64,000 bases of DNA from a virus: IMG/VR virus record IMGVR_UViG_2786546122_000004, positions 3,022-67,021 of that record; one strand, 5' to 3'. The notes under the pieces were generated by a model that had not been told where the DNA came from, made no database searches, and saw only the letters and a program-made list of their open reading frames with translations. Below, one piece after another: positions 10,171-18,642 of this stretch; position 1 is the first letter of the stretch, and every line of letters starts with the position of its first letter. The position numbers were made by a program, and so were the translations under genes.

Positions 10171-10205
10171 AGGAGTCAGGCAGCATTACAGAGTGCCGAC
10201 TCCTT
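10171..10205. terminator. hairpin between convergent nrdE and secreted-protein gene
   Basis: AGGAGTC-A-GGCA-gcattacagag-TGCC-GACTCCT. Confidence 0.55.
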
Positions 10206-10216
10206 TACTATTTAAT

Positions 10217-13200
10217 TTAAACTAAACAAGACAGACACCCTTCCTGTCCTGTATCTTTTGTTCTCGCATAGTACAAAGTCTTAATTCCTCGATGATGAGC
10301 ATAGAGATCAATTCGGTTCAAATCTCTTGTTGTCATCGTATCCTTTAAAAACAATGTAAATGAAATTCCTTGGTCAACGTGCTGCTGAATTGTTGCAATA
10401 AGATCAACTACCTTAAACATATCCATGTCGTATGCTTCTTTGTAGAAGAACCAATTCTGAGCCGATAAACCTGGCATCGGATAATATGTCTTACTGTTTC
10501 CGTATGTACGTTCCTCAATTCTCTCCATAATTGGCATTACACCTGCTGTAGATGATTGAACATATGAGATGCTTCCCGTAGGTGCAATAGCCTGCCTATA
10601 CGAATGGTATAAGCCATATTTCATTACATCTTCTTTAAGTTTCGTCCAATCTTCAATGTTAGGAATATGTTGATCTCCAAATAGCTTTTTAACCTTTTCA
10701 AACTGAGGGCTATAATCATTTGTTACGTACTTTTCGAAATACTCACCTGATTTATAAGTTGAACCATCAAACTTGTAGTATGTCTCCCCTGTTTCTCGTG
10801 CAATTTCCATAGAACGCTGCAGTGAGTAGAAGTTAATCATCATAAAGTATGTATTAACAAAATCTTTAGCTTCTTCACTTTCATAAGCAATATTATTTTG
10901 AGCTAGAAATCCATGTAGGTTCATCTGTCCTAAGCCAATTGATCTCATTAATGTATTTGCTCTCGCAACTGCTGGAGCATTTACAATGTTTGTTTTCCTT
11001 GTGACAGTTGTCAGTGAGTCAATTGCTATTCTGACTGTTGAAGCAATTGATTGATTACTCATTACATTTACAATGTTCATTGAGCCAAGATTACATGAGA
11101 TATCTAAGCCAATTTCATCCTCTTTATCGTAATCCGTATAAACTGATACTTGTGACGATTGAAGTACCTCTGAACAGTTACCAGTAACAATTCCATTGAA
11201 AATCAGAGAGTGATAGTCTTCTTGTGTTGTATCATAAACATCCTCAACACCATCTTCTTCAATACTAATAATTTCAGCTGTAAAATCATGCTTTGGCTTT
11301 CTTGACTTAGGTTGCAATGTCTCAGTTAACAAATTGAATTTATAAACATCGTATTCTTTCATTTCAACAATACTCATAAACAACTCTCTTGAGTTTCTAT
11401 CTTGAATACTGATTTTGTGTGTTGGTTTTACATTGTAAAGCTTAGAACCACCTTTTCCATCAGGAAGGAGTTCTTGTGAGCGCTTGTTGTTAGAATAAAT
11501 CGTTGTATAAACACCCATGTTCAGTAACAGCTTCTGAACGTCCTGAAGGCTCTCATAGTGGATGGATGTTAACTCAATAGTTAATGCTTTGGCTTTATGA
11601 TTTGCATTTACACACCCATCAGTCTGGAATAAACCCGATAAATAAGCTGCTTGCGTTTCCTTATTAGCTTGAAAAATGAATTCTGGGACTCTTGTTTTTG
11701 TTTCTTTGTTCATACCGAACTTCTTCAAGATGTCAAATAAGACAGTACTATTCATGTAGAGCAAATCTTGTTTTTCTGGGTTGGCCATATTAAATGTTGG
11801 GAGAAGTGATGTATTGTGCTTATAAGCACGATCAACCTTGTGTTTTTGAATAATACGGTGAACTGCATCAGTAACTTTCTGCTCAAGAACTTTTTTATTA
11901 TCGTATAAATAAATCTTGGCAGTTTTTTCAGTAATGGTTCCATCACCAGCTATAATGCCCATAATGTATGCAAGATCGGGTTCATGAATTTTCCCGTATG
12001 CTCCTTCAGCTGATTGGACTAATAATTTATCGCCTGTTTTCAGTTGATTCAATTGGAGCTTTTGAATTTCACCATCTCTTTTCACATAGAATTTGTGCCA
12101 CTCAGTTGCCCTAATTTCATATCCTTGCTTCGTTTTGACTTTAAATATTTCCGCATCTTTTTTAGTCAGTTGCATTGGAATTGCATCTACAATTGTGGTA
12201 CCTTTGCTACCAACTGCAAAATCTTTTGTTCTATTATCAATGACCACTTTAAGATCATTCTGCTTTTTATAAAGATCGGCTGCTTTTTCATATCCATTCT
12301 CAGTTAAAAGAAGTGTTTCTCCAGTAACGCACAAATTTGAAAACTTCACTTTTGAAATATGTTCATTTGGATGCACTTTATTTACATTGTCAGCGAACAT
12401 AATATACGGATAGCCTGATTCGCTTCTTAGAATGGCCAATTGCTCTAACAGCTTTCGAGTATTCCCTTTAGCTTTTCTAACCCTAGGGTTTTCAACAAGC
12501 TCATCATACATTTCATTAATATCCATCTCATCAAGATACTGCCCATATTCCTTGTATACTGAATGAGGATAGAACATGTAATAATCCTTGTCTTCCCTTG
12601 CAAGTTCAATAAATTTATCTGGAACAACTACACCAATAGATAATGTTTTAACTCGGACATCTTCATCAGCACTTATTTTTTTGGTATCTAGGAAATCTGT
12701 AATGTCTGGATGGAATACACTTAGATAAACTGCTCCTGATCCTTGTCTTTGTCCCATTTGATCTGCATATCTAAAAGCATTATCCAATAGCTTCATAACA
12801 CCTACGACACCTTTAGTCGCATTCTCTACGTCTTTAATCGCTTCACCTTTGGCTCTTAGTTTGTTTAGATTTAATGCTACTCCTCCACCTAGCTTAGAAA
12901 GCTGCATGGAGATATCAATAGCACGTGAAATATCATTCAAACTGTCGCCTACTTCAAGTAAGAAGCAGCTCACCATTTCACCTCTTCGCTTACGTCCAGC
13001 ATTAAGGAAAGTAGGTGTTGCCGGCTGATACTCTTGTTTCATCATAGTATGTACTTCCTCAACAGCTTTCTCATAATCACCATCAGCGCAATATAAAGCC
13101 ACAATTGAGACACGATCCTCATACCTTTCCAGGATCTTTGTTTTATCGTTTGTCTTCAATGCGTAGTCATTGTAGAACTTAAACGCGCTCATAAAAGATG

Positions 13201-13471
13201 GGAATCTAAATTTGTAACTGTAAGCAATCTTATAAATTGATTTAATCTGTTCAAATGTGTATTGATCTAAGAATTCTTCTTCGTAATAATCATTTTTAAT
13301 CAGATAATCCAGCTTCTCTTTTAAATCATGGAAAAAGACTGTGTTTTGATTTATATAATCAACAAAGTAGCTATGTACGGCCTCCTTATCCTTTTCGAAT
13401 TGATACTTCCCATCTTTCTGAATCATGATCTCATTATTGAGCTTGATCCACTTTGGTATTGTGTTTGTCAA
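10217..13471 (-). CDS. nrdE: class Ib ribonucleotide reductase alpha subunit with intein
   Basis: TTG start with RBS AGGAGG gives 1084 aa; PATPT, SCFL, NL/CSE, APTGS and C-terminal CxxC. Confidence 0.97.
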   Translation of the reverse strand: MTNTIPKWIKLNNEIMIQKDGKYQFEKDKEAVHSYFVDYINQNTVFFHDLKEKLDYLIKNDYYEEEFLDQYTFEQIKSIYKIAYSYKFRFPSFMSAFKFYNDYALKTNDKTKILERYEDRVSIVALYCADGDYEKAVEEVHTMMKQEYQPATPTFLNAGRKRRGEMVSCFLLEVGDSLNDISRAIDISMQLSKLGGGVALNLNKLRAKGEAIKDVENATKGVVGVMKLLDNAFRYADQMGQRQGSGAVYLSVFHPDITDFLDTKKISADEDVRVKTLSIGVVVPDKFIELAREDKDYYMFYPHSVYKEYGQYLDEMDINEMYDELVENPRVRKAKGNTRKLLEQLAILRSESGYPYIMFADNVNKVHPNEHISKVKFSNLCVTGETLLLTENGYEKAADLYKKQNDLKVVIDNRTKDFAVGSKGTTIVDAIPMQLTKKDAEIFKVKTKQGYEIRATEWHKFYVKRDGEIQKLQLNQLKTGDKLLVQSAEGAYGKIHEPDLAYIMGIIAGDGTITEKTAKIYLYDNKKVLEQKVTDAVHRIIQKHKVDRAYKHNTSLLPTFNMANPEKQDLLYMNSTVLFDILKKFGMNKETKTRVPEFIFQANKETQAAYLSGLFQTDGCVNANHKAKALTIELTSIHYESLQDVQKLLLNMGVYTTIYSNNKRSQELLPDGKGGSKLYNVKPTHKISIQDRNSRELFMSIVEMKEYDVYKFNLLTETLQPKSRKPKHDFTAEIISIEEDGVEDVYDTTQEDYHSLIFNGIVTGNCSEVLQSSQVSVYTDYDKEDEIGLDISCNLGSMNIVNVMSNQSIASTVRIAIDSLTTVTRKTNIVNAPAVARANTLMRSIGLGQMNLHGFLAQNNIAYESEEAKDFVNTYFMMINFYSLQRSMEIARETGETYYKFDGSTYKSGEYFEKYVTNDYSPQFEKVKKLFGDQHIPNIEDWTKLKEDVMKYGLYHSYRQAIAPTGSISYVQSSTAGVMPIMERIEERTYGNSKTYYPMPGLSAQNWFFYKEAYDMDMFKVVDLIATIQQHVDQGISFTLFLKDTMTTRDLNRIDLYAHHRGIKTLYYARTKDTGQEGCLSCLV
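11177..12331 (-). mobile_element. RIR1 intein with LAGLIDADG homing endonuclease (385 aa)
   Basis: Starts CVTGET after KFSNL, ends GIVTGN before catalytic Cys of CSE; two LAGLIDADG helices (IMGIIAGDG, LSGLFQTDG). Confidence 0.95.
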
Positions 13472-13829
13472 TAAGTTGTACCTCCTGAATGAGCTTCTGT
13501 AAGTCTTGTTTCGTTCCACTAAGTTCAAACTTTAATAACAATGGTGTGTGGAACTTAGCTGAGAGCTTGTCTCCAGCTAAACCATAGTTATCACCCCAAA
13601 CCTTGTTTCCACTAACAGCAACTCCTCTTATTTTATTTTTATTCTTATTAATAAAATTCAATGTCCTTTCAGGCACTTCCCCAAAGCCAATCGTGTATGT
13701 AATATGTATGAACTCTTGATTGATGATGGTATCATCTGTTATTTCAATTGCCTTAATATCTGATTTGTGTTGCAGCGCTTTTACAAACCTTTTTACATTG
13801 CCTGTTTTACTCTCATATGTAATGATCAC
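13434..13829 (-). CDS. nrdI: NrdI flavodoxin
   Basis: YESKTGNVKRF, TYTIGFGEVP, SGNKVWGDNYG. Confidence 0.95.
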   Translation of the reverse strand: MIITYESKTGNVKRFVKALQHKSDIKAIEITDDTIINQEFIHITYTIGFGEVPERTLNFINKNKNKIRGVAVSGNKVWGDNYGLAGDKLSAKFHTPLLLKFELSGTKQDLQKLIQEVQLIDKHNTKVDQAQ

Positions 13830-14182
13830 TAATCGTTATAAGCCCCTGTAATTAATTTTGTAGTCACTGTTTCAGCTTCATTTTCAGCGTAATTGAATGC
13901 TTCTGATATCTCACGATTAATGTTGCCCATTTCCATGTAGCCCTGTGCCATACTTTCATATAAGGAACTCTTCTTAACTGGAACGTAATCACCTAGATTC
14001 TTTTCTAATTCAACAAATTGATTTCCCTGTTGGTCGGTTGCAATAATCTCACCTTTTAATACAGGAAAAGATTGTCCATCAGCTAAATGAATATGAGTGT
14101 TCTCAGTGGCTACTGTAAAGTTAATAATGTTCTTCTTTTTTACATATGGTTGAGTTGGATCAATACGTCTAGCTGCCCCCAT
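13829..14182 (-). CDS. yosL: YosL, MazE-mimic (MazF inhibitor)
   Basis: 117 aa; C-terminus MAQGYMEMGNINREIS..AENEAET resembles B. subtilis MazE MRRGYMEMAKINLNIS..AECEAET. Confidence 0.8.
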   Translation of the reverse strand: MGAARRIDPTQPYVKKKNIINFTVATENTHIHLADGQSFPVLKGEIIATDQQGNQFVELEKNLGDYVPVKKSSLYESMAQGYMEMGNINREISEAFNYAENEAETVTTKLITGAYND

Positions 14183-14232
14183 TTTACATCTCCTTATTTT
14201 TTAATTTTATTTTGAATAAAGCTGTGATTTTA

Positions 14233-14433
14233 TCAAGATTTTTTGTTTGGCCATCCTTCGCCAAGAAGCTTTTTAGCCCCTTCAACATCTGTGAATCTCT
14301 CAATCTTGTGTCTATAATCATCGATCCACCGGTAAACACATACAGCATTTTCTTCTACTTTCATGACAGTGTATTGCTGCATAGGATCTTCTAAAAGGTG
14401 AAGCTTCTGATCTTTATAAAATCCTGGAATCAT
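14233..14433 (-). CDS. yosK: YosK-like hypothetical protein
   Basis: 66 aa; synteny. Confidence 0.6.
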   Translation of the reverse strand: MIPGFYKDQKLHLLEDPMQQYTVMKVEENAVCVYRWIDDYRHKIERFTDVEGAKKLLGEGWPNKKS

Positions 14434-14452
14434 ATAATATCCTCCTCTTCTT

Positions 14453-14587
14453 TTATTGAATTTCTCTTACTTCATGCGGTACTCCGCTTTCTTCTTGAGC
14501 ATAGACAGCATCATTATGAGCCTCAATTGCATCATCATAAGTGTTAACAAGTGTTCCCATGCAAAAAAGTCCGTATTTTTTATTCAT
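14453..14587 (-). CDS. yosI: YosI-like small protein (44 aa)
   Basis: Manual: MNKKYGLFCMGTLVNTYDDAIEAHNDAVYAQEESGVPHEVREIQ. Confidence 0.55.
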   Translation of the reverse strand: MNKKYGLFCMGTLVNTYDDAIEAHNDAVYAQEESGVPHEVREIQ

Positions 14588-14612
14588 TTTCATCATCCTT
14601 TTGATTTATTTT

Positions 14613-15086
14613 TTAAAGTAAACTTCCGTCCATAATCAAAACTCTTTCTTCATTACTTTGAAGTTCTTCGAGAACGTCTGATATTGGGGACAGTTCTTGA
14701 TCCTCGGTTACTGTTCGACTGTGTTTAACAGCTGCGTACAACATACCAACTTCTTTGGTCTCATCTCTTAAGTCCCCGTCATCATCCGCAACTTCTTCTG
14801 TATATAGCTTTATTGCCTTTTCTTTTGTATTTGCTTTAATTAATGCGTAATATGGGTCACACACCTCAAAATACTTCATAATGGGTTTTTCAACTTCCAA
14901 TTCCTCAACGTAATCGCCTTTAATTTTCACATCATCAACACCGTTTTCGAGCAAATGATCTACGATGTCCTTTCCCAGTTGTTCTAACGCAGCCCCTTGA
15001 ACAGATGGACTTTCGTCATTAAATCCCTCATGAGCGTAACAAGTTGCTTTTATTTCAAAAACTGCTGCTTTAATCCCCATATCCAA
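14613..15086 (-). CDS. yosH: YosH-like hypothetical protein
   Basis: 157 aa; synteny. Confidence 0.6.
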   Translation of the reverse strand: MDMGIKAAVFEIKATCYAHEGFNDESPSVQGAALEQLGKDIVDHLLENGVDDVKIKGDYVEELEVEKPIMKYFEVCDPYYALIKANTKEKAIKLYTEEVADDDGDLRDETKEVGMLYAAVKHSRTVTEDQELSPISDVLEELQSNEERVLIMDGSLL

Positions 15087-15094
15087 TTCCCCTT

Positions 15095-15307
15095 TTATTT
15101 TACTTTTGTGAATCTCTTAATCTCTTTGCCATCAATAATCACTTTTCCAAAGAACATGTCTTTAGGCCTTGCCCACAGAATGCCATCCATGTCTTCATAA
15201 GTAACAAGCTTCTCTTCTGTTTCAGTATGAATGACCTCTCCAATAACCTTATATAGACCGCCTTTATAATGTTTAAACCGACAACCGATAAAATCAAAAG
15301 TGTCTAT
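15095..15307 (-). CDS. DUF1653-like protein with apparent ATA start
   Basis: RFKHYKGGLYKVIGEVIHTETEEKLVTY...WARPKDMF; strong RBS AGGAGG 9 nt before ATA. Confidence 0.6.
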   Translation of the reverse strand: MDTFDFIGCRFKHYKGGLYKVIGEVIHTETEEKLVTYEDMDGILWARPKDMFFGKVIIDGKEIKRFTKVK

Positions 15308-15321
15308 TGTAGTTTTCCTCC

Positions 15322-15512
15322 TTAAACTTCCTCTAAATGCAACACAAGAACATTTTTATATGGATCTAATTGAATCTCATCCCTTGATTCTTCACCATCA
15401 ATCCTGAAGTTAACTGGTGTGTCGCCGTGAAAATCCAGTTGATCTTGTAATGCTTTAATTACATCACTTACTTTTGGGTTAATTACTTGCCATTAATCTC
15501 GTCATAAGTCAC
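15322..15512 (-). pseudogene. probable frameshifted small ORF (about 63 aa)
   Basis: RBS and GTG ACT TAT GAC GAG ATT AAT GGC then stop; adjacent frame open to 15322; span of 191 nt is one base short of 64 codons. Confidence 0.4.
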
Positions 15513-15548
15513 GGGCTTTCCTCCTCTTTCTTTAAAATCATCCTTTTA

Positions 15549-15839
15549 TTAAAAACCCCATTTGATCAAGAGTCCCATTCTTTTTTCACCATCATCTGAA
15601 GGTTCTATATTAATAATTTCCACCATGTATCCTTCTTTTTGTACAAGTTTTTTTAGTCGGATTAGGCTTTCTTCAGTTATAGCGCCTTCACTTTCCCCCA
15701 CAGAAAAGCCCACTGTTGTTTCTTCCTTACCTCCGTTTGCAGCAACAAATATAGCATTATTTAAAAAATTCAGTTCACTTTCTAATTCTTCTTTATGTTT
15801 TCTTTCCATAATTTCCTGTACTGCATATGCTTTTCTCAT
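15549..15839 (-). CDS. hypothetical phage protein
   Basis: ORF track; RBS AGGAGAG. Confidence 0.7.
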   Translation of the reverse strand: MRKAYAVQEIMERKHKEELESELNFLNNAIFVAANGGKEETTVGFSVGESEGAITEESLIRLKKLVQKEGYMVEIINIEPSDDGEKRMGLLIKWGF

Positions 15840-15895
15840 TATTTATACACTCTCCTATTTTATGTTTGTTTAAAATAAAACTTTTATTTAGATCT

Positions 15896-16318
15896 CTAAA
15901 TCTCATCGGCTCTAATGAATCTCCAGAGACGTTTCCACCAGGAAGTTTTGCACTTATCATTTTCTTCTTTAACACATTGATTTTCTTGTCTTACACGCTG
16001 TTGCCATTCTTCTTCAAGTTTTGCTTGCTCTTGAAGCGCCTTTTCAAGGCTTTCTTTGTCTTCAATTGTTTTAATGATTTTATCAGTCTGATACGTCCAT
16101 TCATTATTTGTGTTGCGTTGTCTGTCAGTAACAACTACATATTCATTAAAACCAGGAATGTATACTTTGCCCCCAACTTCAATTGGATCTAAGTCAATTA
16201 TTCCTTCAAAGAAACAGTTGAGTTCGATTTTCTCATATTCAGAAAAACGACCGAGTGCGTCCAATCCATATGATTTATTGATTATCTTGCCTTCAAACTT
16301 AGCTTGATGTCTCCCCAC
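15896..16318 (-). CDS. yosD: YosD-like hypothetical protein
   Basis: MGRHQAKFEG start; synteny. Confidence 0.55.
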   Translation of the reverse strand: MGRHQAKFEGKIINKSYGLDALGRFSEYEKIELNCFFEGIIDLDPIEVGGKVYIPGFNEYVVVTDRQRNTNNEWTYQTDKIIKTIEDKESLEKALQEQAKLEEEWQQRVRQENQCVKEENDKCKTSWWKRLWRFIRADEI

Positions 16319-16330
16319 TTATTCACCTCC

Positions 16331-16651
16331 TTAAATGTAGCTCCCCATTTCATATTCTGTTATGATTCCTTGTTCAATAAAATTAGCCATAATTTCTTGC
16401 ACTTTATCATTAGTAACGTATGGGAATTCAAGTTCCGCTCTTGTGCAAGCTTTCATATAGTATTGATAATCATATGGCTGTAAGTATCTTTCATCTAATA
16501 CGTCAATTTCACCCTTGAGACTCTTTTTATGTATTGTTAAATTAAATGTGATGTTGGGTTGAATTGACTTTATGAAGTACCACTTTGATTTCACATGATC
16601 CGTAAAACCAATATCCCTCATTTGTTTATCTTCAAGAATATGAAACTTCAT
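16331..16651 (-). CDS. hypothetical phage protein
   Basis: ORF track. Confidence 0.7.
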   Translation of the reverse strand: MKFHILEDKQMRDIGFTDHVKSKWYFIKSIQPNITFNLTIHKKSLKGEIDVLDERYLQPYDYQYYMKACTRAELEFPYVTNDKVQEIMANFIEQGIITEYEMGSYI

Positions 16652-16810
16652 TATCTTCCCTCATTGATGATCTTCTTTAATGCTTTTAGAAGCATATTTA
16701 GTGATTTCTTGTCACCCATTTCATCCCGATTGACTTCAATAAAGTGAACTGCTGACGTTAATTTATCCTGCATTTCAGTTGCTCCTTTCACGATAAAAAT
16801 TGAATTTTAT

Positions 16811-16990
16811 TTAGATAATATTGATAATTAATAAAACTAAACTGATTAAGAATGACATTCCAGCTAGAACTAATAACCCTAAAGCGATTTGAGGTTTTAT
16901 TCTCCTTTTCGATCCATATGTATCTAATGATACAAGTCCAATCAACAAAAGACCGATGAAATCAAGAATATTAATTGCAAATTGCACCAT
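16811..16990 (-). CDS. yosB: YosB-like two-TM membrane protein (59 aa)
   Basis: Manual: MVQFAINILDFIGLLLIGLVSLD...GLLVLAGMSFLISLVLLIINII; RBS GAGGAG. Confidence 0.55.
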   Translation of the reverse strand: MVQFAINILDFIGLLLIGLVSLDTYGSKRRIKPQIALGLLVLAGMSFLISLVLLIINII

Positions 16991-17063
16991 GTCACTCCTC
17001 GTTATTTGTTTTGATTTGTCGCATACTGCGCTTGCCCGGGAAATTAATTTCTATTTCCTTTCA

Positions 17064-17237
17064 CTATTTCAATTCCACCACTTCACACCAAGTTCTTAGT
17101 GAACTGTCTTTTTTTAAATTTAAAGCAGCTACGCCAGCTACATCTCTAAATGAAAATTCAGCAACTTTTCCATCACTGTCTAGCATTTTTCCTACATACT
17201 CTTTTCCAGCCCAAATCTCTACTGCGTACTTACTCAT
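17064..17237 (-). CDS. hypothetical phage protein
   Basis: ORF track, start MSKYAVEIW with RBS GGAGAG. Confidence 0.6.
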   Translation of the reverse strand: MSKYAVEIWAGKEYVGKMLDSDGKVAEFSFRDVAGVAALNLKKDSSLRTWCEVVELK

Positions 17238-17271
17238 ACAACATCTCTCCATTCTCGATAAAAGGAATATT

Positions 17272-17484
17272 TTATCCTCTATTTTTGTATTTGTTATTTA
17301 GTCCTAAATGTTCTAATGTCTTCTTAACACTTAAATTACTGCATTCATTTTTCACTCTCTCGGAATAACCCTTTGCACAGCCTTCACAACAATTGAAGTC
17401 TTCATAAGTTTTTTCATCGCTGATCCTAAGACAAATTGTTTTTCCACTTATGTACTCTTTACAGATGTCACATATATGATTCAT
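17272..17484 (-). CDS. yorZ: YorZ-like Cys-rich small protein
   Basis: 70 aa; CDIC...CCEGC; synteny. Confidence 0.6.
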   Translation of the reverse strand: MNHICDICKEYISGKTICLRISDEKTYEDFNCCEGCAKGYSERVKNECSNLSVKKTLEHLGLNNKYKNRG

Positions 17485-17514
17485 TAACACTCTCCTTTGT
17501 CCTAATGTAAATTT

Positions 17515-17543
17515 ATTATATACATATTATTTGTATTTGTCTA
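17515..17543 (-). promoter_or_regulatory. SPBRE-type SigA promoter
   Basis: TAGACA-AATACAAATAATATGTA-TATAAT. Confidence 0.8.
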
Positions 17544-17550
17544 TCGGTTT

Positions 17551-17733
17551 TTAAATAATTTCTTTAATATTTTTCAGCTTTGCAAAAACAGACATTATAT
17601 CTTTATCACACCGCTCCCAAACACGTTTTTCTTCAGGCTTCAAAGTGTTTTCTAAGTAAATATAGAGCTTATCCAATACTCCTTCAGCAGCATCTATATC
17701 ATCAATTACAAGATCTCTAACATTATCCTTAAT
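17551..17733 (-). CDS. yorY: YorY-like protein (60 aa, apparent ATT start)
   Basis: Manual: (I)[23 protein letters not shown]...KEII; RBS GGGAGAGGG. Confidence 0.5.
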   Translation of the reverse strand: MKDNVRDLVIDDIDAAEGVLDKLYIYLENTLKPEEKRVWERCDKDIMSVFAKLKNIKEII

Positions 17734-17745
17734 GATACCCTCTCC

Positions 17746-17973
17746 CTATGAAAATATGGTTATGGCTTTTCCATTGTCATTTTTTATGTACGGAGAATGA
17801 TTTCGGGCAAGATAGTTCCTTGACTTTCCTTCTCCCAGACTTACATTATAAATATCCCTTACCTCATGTACTTCGTATGCTTGTTCTTTTGCATGTTCAG
17901 GTGATAGCGCCTCAATAACTAGAGACGCATTTTCACCTTTGCTATCTTTACACCTTACATAATACTTTTTCAA
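17746..17973 (-). CDS. yorX: YorX-like protein
   Basis: 75 aa; synteny. Confidence 0.65.
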   Translation of the reverse strand: MKKYYVRCKDSKGENASLVIEALSPEHAKEQAYEVHEVRDIYNVSLGEGKSRNYLARNHSPYIKNDNGKAITIFS

Positions 17974-18012
17974 TAAACATCCCTTTATCCTTTCATTTTT
18001 TCTTGAAACAAT

Positions 18013-18378
18013 TTAATGAATCAAGCCTTGATATGTATTTGGTTTAATATTGTGTAGATCGATTAGGTTAGTTAACCGCTCGATTTCCTTACTCATCGCA
18101 TAACATTGATCAACATAAAATTTCTTTGGCATAATCACAAACTGGCCATCTTTAAATCCTTCCGCACCGGCTTCTTGCATTGCTGCTGGAAAGATATCAA
18201 TTAGACTCCCTTTTTTAAAGCTCTCAATATACTCATCTACTGAAATAGTGTGCAAAACCCTAGCTAATACTCCATTGGTCTTTTCATCGTTATGTACGTA
18301 AATGCTTTGTGTATGTGGTTCAATAACTACAAAATCAAGAGCGTTTACCAAGTCAATTTTTTCTTGATCAGTTAGCAT
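18013..18378 (-). CDS. yorW: YorW-like protein
   Basis: 121 aa; synteny. Confidence 0.65.
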   Translation of the reverse strand: MLTDQEKIDLVNALDFVVIEPHTQSIYVHNDEKTNGVLARVLHTISVDEYIESFKKGSLIDIFPAAMQEAGAEGFKDGQFVIMPKKFYVDQCYAMSKEIERLTNLIDLHNIKPNTYQGLIH

Positions 18379-18380
18379 AT

Positions 18381-18599
18381 TCACTCTCCTTTTAAATAAG
18401 ATTTGAAAAACTCACTTAAGTTATCAGCCATAGCTGCAGCAACTTCAGAAAAGTATTTATGTCTTTTCTCCTCTGATTTCAAAAACTCAACTGTCGTTTC
18501 TGCAATTTCTTTAATCCTGTCTTCTTTGATATTTCCATTCCTAACACGCTCTTTAATCTCTTCTGTCTCTCTTTTTAAGGACTCAGGGTAACTTTCCAA
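18381..18599 (-). CDS. yorV: YorV-like protein
   Basis: 72 aa; synteny. Confidence 0.65.
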   Translation of the reverse strand: MESYPESLKRETEEIKERVRNGNIKEDRIKEIAETTVEFLKSEEKRHKYFSEVAAAMADNLSEFFKSYLKGE

Positions 18600-18642
18600 T
18601 CAATACACTCCTCTTATTTTACATTTGTTTAAAAGACAAACT

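Noticed and set aside
8607-13471. Group I introns in nrdE/nrdF as in SPbeta 168
   Set aside because: Both genes are continuous ORFs of the expected spliced length with all motifs in frame.
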